A DNA stretch of 53,541 nt, counting the filler, from Streblomastix strix (taxonomy: Eukaryota), in the NCBI GenBank assembly GCA_008636045.1. It is 2 parts of 2 records of this genome, joined end to end, with 100 filler letters (N's around TTAATTAATTAA, not from the genome) between each part and the next. Parts side by side here need not be neighbours in the genome. Positions count along the whole stretch, not along the records: positions 26,836 to 53,541 come from SNRW01000158.1; 1 more part is not named here. One strand, written 5' to 3'. The first letter of the stretch is position 1, and every line of letters starts with the position of its first letter. The position numbers and the translations under genes were made by a program. Below, in pieces: positions 38,512 through 49,429 of this stretch. Below the pieces are notes generated by a model, which made no database searches, was not told where the DNA came from, and was given only the letters and a program-made list of their open reading frames with translations.

Positions 38512-40599
38512 ATGACATTAGCTAAAACTTTGAGTTAATAATAGATCTAATTTATTCGTTCATTGATTTAATCAGATTTCCAATATTTGATATAATATTC
38601 AAGAAAATCATCAAGTACAAGTAGTCAATTATCAGGAAGTGAATATTCATTGACAGTTGATGAGTAAAACTCATTAATATATGCATCAATTGATAATGCT
38701 TAGAATTACGCAATGAAACTTGAAACTAATGGTGTAATGAATTTGAAAAATATAAATTTATTAAATAATGATTTCTTAGGTAAAATAACTACATTAGAAT
38801 AAGAAGTTAACCTATTACAATAAACATTGGGAACTGCAACTTAAGATATTGGTGGTTTAAAATAATAAATTAATGAAATTAATAATGAACTTAATAGATA
38901 AACACATTTTAGAGGATACTATTTATTGAACACAAATATATAAAATTTACCTAATTCTGCCAATAGTGATTTTGCATTCTCCGCTGAAAGTGGAACAGTA
39001 TGGATGTATGATTAGAGTTGGTACAACAGTGGAAATATAGTTCCTGATTAAGTAACTCCTGCAAGTGATGCTACTCCATTAGTTGATAGTGGAACTGGTG
39101 TTGCAGGAACTTCAAATGAGTATTCTAGAGGAGATCATAAGCATCCACTATAAATTTCTACTGTATTACCAAGTAAAGATACATCAGTTGGTACTATCGG
39201 TTCAGCTAGTTCTTATGTAAGATCTGATCATTAACATCCAATACAGACTGTAGATACTATTCCAGTTAGTGATTCAGCAGATGGATCTTATGGAACAGTT
39301 GAATCATATGCTAGAAATGATCATTCACATCCTATTAATGTCTAAACTAATGCACCAATTGTACCTATAGTTAATGGAGTTGGAAATAATGGAACTTCAG
39401 CATATTATTCAAGACATGATCATGTTCATCCATAGTAATTAACGTATGATGGTAACATTACTGCTACTAAATTTATTAAAACTGGTGGAACAAATTAATA
39501 AATATTAATAGCTGATAGGACAAATAAATAAATAACAGATTTTAATACAAGGGTCATACCAAGAGCTTTTTAAATTGATCCTGCTGATGGCATATATTGG
39601 TTGCGTTTTGCTATTTTAACTATACCTAATTATACATCTAATGGTTCATATGGTTGTACTATTGATATTAATACTACTTATGTCACTGATTTATTTTATC
39701 AGGTTAAATGGAATCTTAGATTTTAGAATAGATATAACAGAAGATTTGAAGCTACTCAATTAAGATAAGTATAAACTGATTTTATGATTTGTGCTGATAC
39801 ACCTGAAACATCTCTTATACTAAGATTCTATATGAAAGTATTTACAAATAGTACTTATATACTTTATAACATTAATTTATCATAATTCTCTGGTTCTAAT
39901 ACACGTGATAATTTTGAACTGTAAGATAATATAAATTAATATAATATAACTACTGATACATTACCCACTGGATCATTATTTACAAGTACACCAATATAAA
40001 ATCAATTAGTAAACTAAGGAGGTAAAATTAATGGAATAGTGTAAATTAACTCTATAATTAATGGTACATTTAATGAAGGTATTAGAATAAGCAGAAACCC
40101 AACGAATTTATGGAGCAATATACAGTTCGGTTGCGATCCAAATTCTAGTACTGGATATATTACTAATTAATGGTTAATTGGCTCAACATGTAATAATGGA
40201 GTTAATTCTCTTGGTTTTATTATTGTCAAATCAGGATAAGAGGGATCAAGTAGTGGCTTACAAATAAATTAATATGGTAATGAATCAAATTTCTATGGTA
40301 AAATGAACTCAGGTAATATATAAATTAACCCCACAGCTGATGGATATGATGATGGTTTGAGAATATCAAGAGCTGATCCAACAAGTACAGGAAATTCATC
40401 AATTTAGTTAGGATGCAGTAGAACATCTACCGTTGGAGCAATTAATGGCTAATGGTCTATATTTACACCACCAAGTAGTTCTACAAATAACCCTCAAAGT
40501 TTTGTAATAGCTGTTTCATCTTAAGCAGACGATAATAATAGAGGATTATAAATCAGTGCTGATGGAAACATATTAACTTTCAATGGTAGAGTACTATGA
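38512..40599 (+). CDS. Putative virion fibre or receptor-binding protein (695 aa)
   Basis: Intact 2088-nt ORF. Coiled-coil-like segment, four Y.R.DHxHP repeats (39121, 39214, 39307, 39406), and two C-terminal QIN...G(I/L)RISR...IQ(F/L)GC...QW.I...GLQI repeats. Confidence 0.72.
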
Positions 40600-40637
40600 A
40601 AATTCTTATCAATGTTTAATTTATTTTTCCTAGAAAC

Positions 40638-41174
40638 ATGTCAAAACCACTTAAATAATTGTTCACTGAACTTGCAAAAACAAACTATGAAGATGAAGAT
40701 TTAATAAGAACAACGATAGAAGCACTATAAAATCTGCTGATGAAAAGTAAATATGATTCATAACATATATTACTTAAGGAATTTATAAGAATTAATAAGT
40801 AATTCACAATATAATAGAGTAAATTATAGTCAATGAAATAATTTGTAGATGATGAAGACTATAAAAATAAAATATATGGTGAGAATAATAAATATTATGC
40901 AAATGACTATAATCAAATCAAGAAGAAGATGGATTTGAATCAATAACCATAATAAATAAAGAAATATATTATATCTGAAGCAACTGATAAAGAAAAATAA
41001 ATATATAATTAATTTGTTACAGATATCGATAATCAACTATTTTGTGGATACTATCAATTAACTCAACTTAATCTCACGAAAAACGAAGATTTACGTTGTT
41101 TATATTATTCTCACGATATTATAAAAACAACGAGTGAAGATCATGAAGCTAATGCAAGACTGTCTAAATAGTGA
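40638..41174 (+). CDS. Viral hypothetical protein (178 aa)
   Basis: Intact intronless ATG-TGA frame, MSKPLKQLFTELAK..., 38 nt after the fibre stop. Confidence 0.6.
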
Positions 41175-41457
41175 AGATAACCAATGATTTCTTATGTTTT
41201 ATCCGAAATCATACCAAATCTTTCATCAAATTATTATTTTTTTTAATCATAGAACTACTATTGATAATCATCTAATTCCTTAGCATCAATCAATGTCTCA
41301 AATATTTTAAACACTTCATAATCAGAGGCATTATGTTCTTTTCCTAATGTTTACGCAAAATAATATAAATCTTCCATTGATGAAGTCAATTACTAAGTTA
41401 ATTATGTAGTAATTATTGATTTATTATAAGAAAAATAATCATACAGCAGAATATTAA

Positions 41458-41664
41458 TCACCGTTTATTTAAGTATTAATCTACTTTCCCCGCGATGTTT
41501 CCTGCAGTTCCCATAATTGCACCGACTCCTGGTTGTAATGTTGAAACGGGGCCACTCAAAACATCCATTACTTTATGAATCGTAGGGGCCAGCCATGAAG
41601 CAGCTTTCTTAACACCGGTTAATATTTTTGAACTAAAATTTTTCAAGCTTGAGAAGAAACCCAT
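41458..41664 (-). CDS. Small amphipathic protein (68 aa), candidate myristoylated membrane-penetration or core protein
   Basis: MGFFSSLKNFSSKILTGVKKAASWLAP...GKVDQYLNKR-TGA. MGxxxS motif; basic amphipathic helix; Gly/Ala-rich tail. Confidence 0.65.
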
Positions 41665-41725
41665 ATTTACTTAATTAATAAAATTCTATTGATAGTTTTT
41701 ATATTAGTTAGTAAATACAAGTACA

Positions 41726-43674
41726 ATGAGTTTCTCTGCAAGTAATTATCTTTAAAGCTCGCATAAGCATAAAATTCTGATTATGTTTCTTCATATTCTG
41801 CTTTGAATGAAATTTTAAGAACTGCATCAATTCATCCATAAAGTTTTAATATAAGTAGAGTTTAGTTCTTTGATTAACCAGTAACTTAATTAACAAGTGA
41901 TGGATAAAGATATGCTCGTGCACCATTAGGTGCTAGAGGAGGTGATATATGTTCAATGGTATAAACTTGTTAGGTTAATTGGTAAATTACGATTCCAGCA
42001 GGTAGATTGGCATTATAAATTAATAAAACTCATGACGGAAATCTTGATGATACGGATGATGCAAATGCAAGAGTAAATTTCAAAGGTGATGAAGATATGT
42101 AATTCAATTATCAAACATCAATGGCATCTGGTGCTGATGGCGATACATAATAATAATTTATTGAAACAGAACATATTAAATTTTGGCTTGGATATTCAAC
42201 AGCATGTGGACCATTTTAATAATTTGCCATTTGTAAAGGTAATACAAAACTATGGGATACATCAATCTATGCAAGAGAATAAGCAGTGATATCAGCAAAT
42301 TCTTTATCAGACTTATGTACAAATAATTCAGTGAGCGTATCACCATTGGAATCAATAGCTGCTGGCAAAAGACATTGCGGAATGTTTATTGATATCCCTG
42401 TTAAAGATTTCTGTACAACAGCAGGTATCTTTAATTATAAAATACCATATCCAATAACATTTTCTGGAGTACTTGATTTAAATTAATTGAATCCAATTTT
42501 CAATTCATTTCCTGTTCTAACACGCAATTATACATCCTTATATCTATTGTTATGGACATAAGATTTCCTATAAGATCTGAAGATTATATGGCTGAACAAG
42601 ACAAATATGGTAACGAATGAACATCTTGCATATTAAATGATTCCACCAGAAAAACCTGATATAATATTCCTAAGAAATCGTAATATCGAATCTTATAATT
42701 CATATGCTGTTAGAATTGTTAATATGGAAGGAAAGCCATATACTGAACAATTTCCTACGAATACGATTTCGCAGATAAAAGATGCAAAATTTGATAAATT
42801 AGACATAAGCAACATAAGTTTCAATATGGAGAATGAAGAAGCAATAATAGATCTAATTCGAGCACAAAAAATAATTAACTTCCCTACTTAAATCATTCGT
42901 ACATTATCAACAAATTTTACTTTCGGTGGCTTTGATGAAGGTGGAGGAAGTTTATAGAGTATAATGTCATTTGCTAACATCAAAGCAATATATATGACAT
43001 TTGCAATGAACTAATATCCTACTTGGTTCTTCCCTGTGTTATTATAGAGGTTTGATTTAATAATTGATTAGCGGCATCTAGTACCAGAAGCTTACGCATC
43101 ACTTAATCCAATGGTTTGTGGCCAAATGATTGATTGCTTTGTTGATTAAGATGTTGTAGCGGCACCATCAGATCTATATCATTCATTAACTTTTGAAAAC
43201 TAATCAACAAATGAATCAGATAAAGATTATTATGGGCGAATGGGAGCTGGTTACTTATAAAGAGAAAATATATTCTATTAAACAACGTTATACAGAGGTA
43301 ATAAAGCTACAAAAGTGTATTATCCTAATAAATTTATGCTTGCATGGAAGATGGCTACAGATGATTCTTTCATGAGAGGCTACAATTCATCTAAAATGGG
43401 TGCAAGAACTAATATTCAAGTTACTTTACAAGGAAGTTTAACACCAGGTATCAATGAAAGTTCTTTAATTAATCCAGGAGAAAATCAGAATAATCACTTA
43501 ACATTCTGTGGAACACGATGTCATCATAATCCTAGAACTGCATAGATAACTCCATTGATGCATTATCTTTGTGATGCTATTGTTAGAGTTACTTTTGATG
43601 ATGCGCCTGATCCATAAGTTCTAACTTTAGAAGTTATTGGTGAATTAGGTGGAACAATGGTTAGAGCAGGATGA
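41726..43674 (+). CDS. Candidate major capsid protein (~650 aa, possibly double jelly-roll), with a 1-nt frameshift near 41760
   Basis: One frame is open from 41761 to TGA 43672-43674; the three ORF-track pieces at 42286, 42637 and 43315 share it. Beta-rich composition, ends ...LMHYLCDAIVRVTFDD...; located in the virion module. Confidence 0.6.
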
Positions 43675-43842
43675 AAAATAAAAATGAGCTAAATTTATTT
43701 TTGTTTAATATGAAAATTTAGTTAAATACTCTTTAGAGCGCGAATGTAATGAGTACTTAAGAAATAACGTTTGCTGATTTAATAATTTAAAATGATCCAA
43801 TTTTACTCTATTTACTTGTATTCTAACACATTCATTTTTAGT

Positions 43843-44022
43843 AAATCGCTCGTTGAAACACGTTTTTGATACTTAATTTTTCGTTTACCATGCTAAATCT
43901 CTCGTTGAAACACGTTTTCAGACTCTAAATTAGCTATCAAAAATGCAAATCGCTCGTTGAAACACGTTTTTGATGCTTAAGATTTCGTCTACAATGCTAA
44001 ATCACTCGTTGAAACACGTTTT
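43843..44022 (+). repeat. Subterminal tandem array: 4 copies of a 24-bp core at exact 52-bp period
   Basis: AAATC(G/T/A)CTCGTTGAAACACGTTTT starts at 43843, 43895, 43947 and 43999. Confidence 0.9.
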
Positions 44023-44084
44023 CAGACATCAAAAAACGAGCTCTACAGAATGCATTATTTTTGTTTTTTGAGCTCTGCAAATCA

Positions 44085-44205
44085 CAAACATGCTTAATTT
44101 TTCGTCTTCCAATTTCAAAACATGCTTAATTTTTCGTCTTCCAACGAACAATTTGCTTAATTTTTGCTCTTCCAACTAACAAATATGTTTAATTTTTCGT
44201 CTTCG
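44085..44205 (+). repeat. Second subterminal tandem array: 4 units with 31-32-bp period
   Basis: TG(C/T)TTAATTTTTCGTCTTC-like unit at 44091, 44123, 44154 and 44186. Confidence 0.85.
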
Positions 44206-44987
44206 AAAATTTTGATAGCGCTTTTTCAAACTTATTTTTCATAAAATATGGCACTTTTTGAGCTTTTTTATCTTGATTTATGAAAAATACGTTAAAATCG
44301 ATATTTACAAACGTAAAAACTGGTAAAAAATGAAAATACCGATTTGCGCCATTCCTATACTACTCTTTATGCATCATGTGATACAATGTTTCCCTAGATA
44401 CCGAATGAAGATATATATAAATATGAAAGTAATTAATATTTAAAAAAAAGAAAAAGTAAAAAAATAGTTTAAATTATTATCAGATAATTGAGATATTCAC
44501 AATTTTCGATATTTATTTTTTAATCTGTTTTTGTGTGATTAGTAATAGGTTATTGAATCACAAAATTTACATAATTTTTTTTAAAAAATATTATAAATTG
44601 AATGTACAAACTTTAAGCATAATAGATACTTTGTGTTATGAGAAAATAAAAGTTTTTCTGATCTCAGACTATGAGTTAAGTCATAATTCAACTTATAGAT
44701 AAATTGATAAATAATAGCAATATATTTATAAAATATTAAAAAATTATAAAAATTTATACATTAATAATCAATTTTTTAATCATAAAATGTTTTAACCGAA
44801 ATATATCGTTTACTCTAGATATTTTTATTAATTTCAATATATATTTTAATATATATTAATGGTTTTTATAATAATTTAATTAAATTTTTAAATTTAAAAT
44901 TAAAAATGAATAAAAAAATTGACTGTCATTGGGCTTGAACCCGGTTTCCAATCAGGAATTAATTTGACTATAGACAGAGCTATTATT

Positions 44988-46785
44988 TAAAAAGAAAGAA
45001 AAAGATTCAAATAATGAAAATAATTCAAATGAAGATCTTTATTTTGCTTTAATTGGAGAAAGATTTGAAGGACAAAAGAAAAATAAAATTAATTAATAAG
45101 AATCAAATATTTAAAATGAAAATGAATAAAAAGAAGATGAAAATAAAACAGAAGAATTACTTGGAAGGGGAGAAATCATGAGTGTTATTCACGTATCAGT
45201 TGAAACAATCAGTAATTCAAATAATATTCAATCATAAATACAAAATATTACATCATCATCTTCATAATAATCATAATCAAATAATAATATTCAATAATCA
45301 TTAACATCCAAACTTCCTATATTATTAAATGAAGATGAATAACAATTTCAAAATCAAAGAATGGTTCATATTAAGAAGATCTGCACACATCCTGAAGTGC
45401 GTGGAGTTGGATATGGATTAGAAGCTGTAAAATAATTGAGACAGTTCTTCAGAGGTGAATTACTGAATGTTGACTAAAATATTGATTAATTTGAAATATA
45501 AAATTAAAATTAAATAGAAAATTCAATTAATAAGAAAAGATTGATTACATATTAAGCTTCAAAAGCACCATTCTTATCATAAGTATCTCGAATTATTCCT
45601 CCAAATGCTGATTTCATTTTCACATCTGTTGTATTGGAATATGATGATGCTGAATCGATCTGCAATTTTTGGTTGAAATGTCAAATGACTCCTGTTTTAT
45701 TATATGGATAATAATCTTCTAATTAATTAAATGATAATCAAATAAATTCCTAAATAAATATCAAATAATAAGAATAAGAATTTATTGATGAATAAGAAGC
45801 AGAAAAGCGAATTAAATAGAAAATGGGAATGAAAGAAGAAAATTCGATAATAAAATCAACGGGAAAGAAAAGAAGAAGAATTGAATAAGAAGATGATGAA
45901 GATAATAATATTAAATAATAGAAAATAATAATAAATAAATAATAAAATGAGAATAAGAATATTAAAACATATTAGGGTGCATCATAATATGAAAGATGGA
46001 TATGTTGTTTTGCATAACCAATTCGAACTGAGGAAGAAGATGATAATGATGAAGAATAAGAATAAATATAATAAATTCAATCTGAATAATAATAAAATAA
46101 TAATAAATAATCAAAATAAACTAAAATCACTCTTTCACAAATCAATTCCTGGATTGAAAGATGTTTTTCTCGTTTCTGTTATCGTCTTCTTTCACTGATT
46201 GATCCGAATGGAAGAAGATTCTTAGGTAATCCTGCTCCTCCAATATCCTAACCAGATATTAATATATAATAATAAGATTAAGATTAATATAATAATAATT
46301 CAAATAGTTATTAATATTATTCACCAACTGAAATGTTTCCATATGTTGCACTACTTCTTCTTACTGGTCGTGTTGCGTGTGGTCTAACGCATGCTGAAGC
46401 AGAACTATTATTAGAAGCAGGTCTTCGAAGTGGAAACTGCCGAGTTAATAAAGAGAAATAATTAAGTAATACGAATAGTGCATTAAATTATCTGAAATCA
46501 ATTGGAGTAGTTCGTTTGTAGAAAATAACCGTTAATTCAATTAGTTAAGATGATCAAGAAAAAGAAGGATATTAATCAGATTAAAGTGAAAATGGAGTAT
46601 TATGTGGAGTAGGAGAAAGACTTGGACTGAAGAATATTCAGGTTATTGAGAAATTGAAAGCAGCATGTGGACGAGTATGGGATTGTGTTAATACAATGCA
46701 GAAAGAATAAGAATAAGAAAATGATGATAATTAATCAATTAATGATAATGATTTAGAAGATAAATAAGAAGATAATAGTGACTGA
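44988..46785 (+). pseudogene. NAT10/Kre33-like paralog, C-terminal (GNAT) half only
   Basis: VHIKKICTHPEVRGVGYGLEAV (GNAT motif A), ICNFWLKCQMTPVLLY, WIERCFSRFCYRLLSL; TGA 46783-46785. No start or N-terminal half; duplicate of 51803-53118. Confidence 0.7.
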
Positions 46786-46943
46786 TATTAATTATCATTT
46801 CAAATTCATTTCATCTCATTTTTTTAATTATTGAATAAAACAATGAGTGCACAAAAATTCATATCTTATATTATTGTTATATGATATATATTGTAAAATA
46901 TTGTCATGAATACAATACTATTTGGAATAAATTGAATATCAAA

Positions 46944-47323
46944 TCAAAGAATCATACAATCTTCGCTCTTCTTCTTCTTTTTCTTTTATTTATCTTTATC
47001 TGATTCTTCTTATTCATTTGATGCTGCTTCACCAAATCGTTGGATAGTTGCTGTTGCTTAAGACTATAAATAAAATTTAAATAAATAATTAAATATTGAA
47101 ATATTAGAATAATAATTGTTATTATTTTTTATTTTTCATACAGTGCTTGTTTCTAATTCAATTATTGTCTGTTTCACTCCAGCCAAATCACTCGCGATCT
47201 TCAGCATGGCAGCATTCACATTGTCGCCTGTTCTCGCTGACATGAAGAAATATTTCATCCCATATTTGTTTGCAAATTGCGAATGATGGTCAAGTTTTAC
47301 AACTCGTTTGTATCCAAGACCAG
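46944..47323 (-). pseudogene. Rab28-like small GTPase, last two exons only
   Basis: KRVVKLDHHSQFANKYGMKYFFMSARTGDNV (G5)...KIASDLAGVK...KKKKKKSEDCMIL-TGA (CaaX). No upstream G1-G4 exons are visible before the next gene. Confidence 0.65.
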
Positions 47324-47553
47324 CTAATAATTATAAAGTTTCATAAAAAAGAAAAAAAAGATTAAATTTGTTATTTTTAAATAAGATGTTGATGTATTGA
47401 TAAACAGTTATATTAAGAAGATTACGATAAAATGAGATATTTGATGTGAATATGAGATAAAAATAAAGGAATGGAAAGTTTAAAATGGTAATGCAATTGA
47501 TCAATACAGAAATATTAGTTTAATTCATTCATTTTCACTTTCAATAATTAATT

Positions 47554-48797
47554 TCATTGAGCATTTTAAGATGAAGAAGAAGACGATGAAGATGAAGTAG
47601 AAGAAGGATTGAATAATGGATTTTATTACATAACATATGGTTATTCTCTTTATTATCCAGGAGTTGTTTCAAAAACTGATAATGGAACTACAATTCTCTC
47701 TTCTTAATTTCGATTATCAATTATTTCACGTTTATTATTATCTTTTGGTTTTCTCTTACAACAATTACAGCATTTTGAGCAATTCATATATTCATCATCT
47801 TCATCATTATATTTATATTCATCTTTACTATCTATATTGGTAAAAATAAATATTAAAGAAGCATGAGCTATGAATGGTTCAAATATTATCATGAAAATCC
47901 CTGCACCAAGTGACAATGATTTTGTATCAGGATTTTTCTCTTTAACTCCAAAAACAATTGTTAATATAAGTCCTGCTATGATTATTAAAATATAGACATA
48001 TATCAGAAATGTAAACAACTTTTCAAATAAGGAATCATCTTCTTTTGATATGGCATAAATAATTATTGCCATAATAATTAGTAATATTAGCGAACACCCA
48101 AGACATGAAGAAGCAGAATATATCAGAATTCTATGCCAATAGAAGCATTCAACAATAATGTACAAAATAGGCCCAGCACTACTAAGTACTATTATCGAAA
48201 TAATTTATATCTAAAATATAAAAATCAAATGATGGTAATAATAAAAATTGATGAATGTTTATATACTAAAATGATTAATAATAATAATCATACAAATTTT
48301 ACATATTCGCCAGCTTTTTCATCCATTGCAAAAAGAATTATAATCTTAAAGTAATAAACAATTGATTGAAGAAAGAAATCAATTCCACCAAACAGAAATG
48401 CCCCATAATAATCTTTATCTAAATCATTTGACATTCCAGATTCATTCATTTAATATTCAATTTCTTTATTACTTTAATTGATTTTGCATTGTGAAGAGTC
48501 AATTAGAAATATTCCACATGGATTCATCATCAGAATTGATCCAAAGAAGTATAAACCAACAAATATAGAATCAATAAACAAAATAAGCAGATATATTTTT
48601 CCTCCGTTGCAAAATGAGTAAATTATTCCTGCAATACCAATTCCTAAAAGCCAGATTGAATTAATCAGTCTAATTATGGTCAAGATGTTAAACCCATATT
48701 TTGGATAATATGCAACAAGGAATAATATGAAGTTCTCAATACCGAAGATGAACTGGATGATGCTAAATATTAAAAAGATCAAGTGGAAACGATTCAT
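47554..48797 (-). CDS. Multi-pass membrane protein (~7-8 TM, Cys-rich cytoplasmic motif), 2 exons
   Basis: Joins ORF-track pieces 48474-48797 and 47704-48165 through TAA=Gln and an intron at ~48211-48293. Contains CSKCCNCCKRK; TGA at 47554. Confidence 0.7.
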
Positions 48798-49429
48798 ATT
48801 TAATTAGTGATGCACTGAATACTAAATAGAAAAATAAAAAATTGTATTCAATATAACTAATAAATATGAATTGTCAATTTTATTTAAAGAAAAGTTATTG
48901 TTAATTAGGAATGTGATGTGAATTTTAATAATTAGTGAAATTATTTTTAATTTAGTTTATATGGTCATCATTTATGAATAAATGTATACGATTAAAATAT
49001 TTGTCAAGTGTATGTATAAATTTAATTAAAAATATTATTATTGTAAAAAATTAAGAATTTCTTATTGTGTAAAAACTAAAAAGTCAAATATCAACCAAAT
49101 GTAATTATTTTTGTCATATTTACATAAAATAAAATTATCAATTGAATTTATTAGGGATAGAAAAGTTATTATTGTGTTTAATACATTCTTATTATTTTAT
49201 CTCGTTTTGCAAGTTTAATTGTTTTTCACACATCATAAAAGTAGAATATACTCATATAAAAACATTAATAACACCAGAAAATACCATATTTTAAATCATT
49301 ATTATTCAATATAACGAAATATTTCATTATTTTTAAAGTGAAATATTTCGCAGCAGAAAGAACATATAATTATTTTTAAATATATTTTTCTTCGAACACT
49401 AATATTTATTTGTTAAATTTTAATTAGAA

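Larger units (their letters stand above)
37319..44364 (+). mobile_element. Endogenous Polinton/Maverick-like DNA virus, right arm (virion module and terminus); left part deleted
   Basis: Compact intronless gene cluster (packaging ATPase, HNH, fibre, small ORFs, candidate MCP) followed by subterminal tandem repeats and a terminus reading 5'-AGTAGTATAGG on the minus strand. Confidence 0.78.

Noticed and set aside
43843..44022. CRISPR-like array (24-bp repeats, 28-bp spacers)
   Set aside because: Spacers 1 and 3 are homologous to each other and to the next array, there are no cas genes, and the context is eukaryotic. It is better explained as subterminal tandem repeats.
28176..44364. DIRS RT/YR and the viral fibre as one unit (DGR-like or YR-integrating virus)
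   Set aside because: The DIRS has its own ITRs, host-derived duplicated DNA separates the two elements, and no adenine-specific template/variable repeat pair was seen.
44920..44956. tRNA T-arm/B-box-like GGGTTCAAGCCC on the minus strand
   Set aside because: No D-arm, anticodon arm or acceptor-stem partner is visible; at most a fragment.
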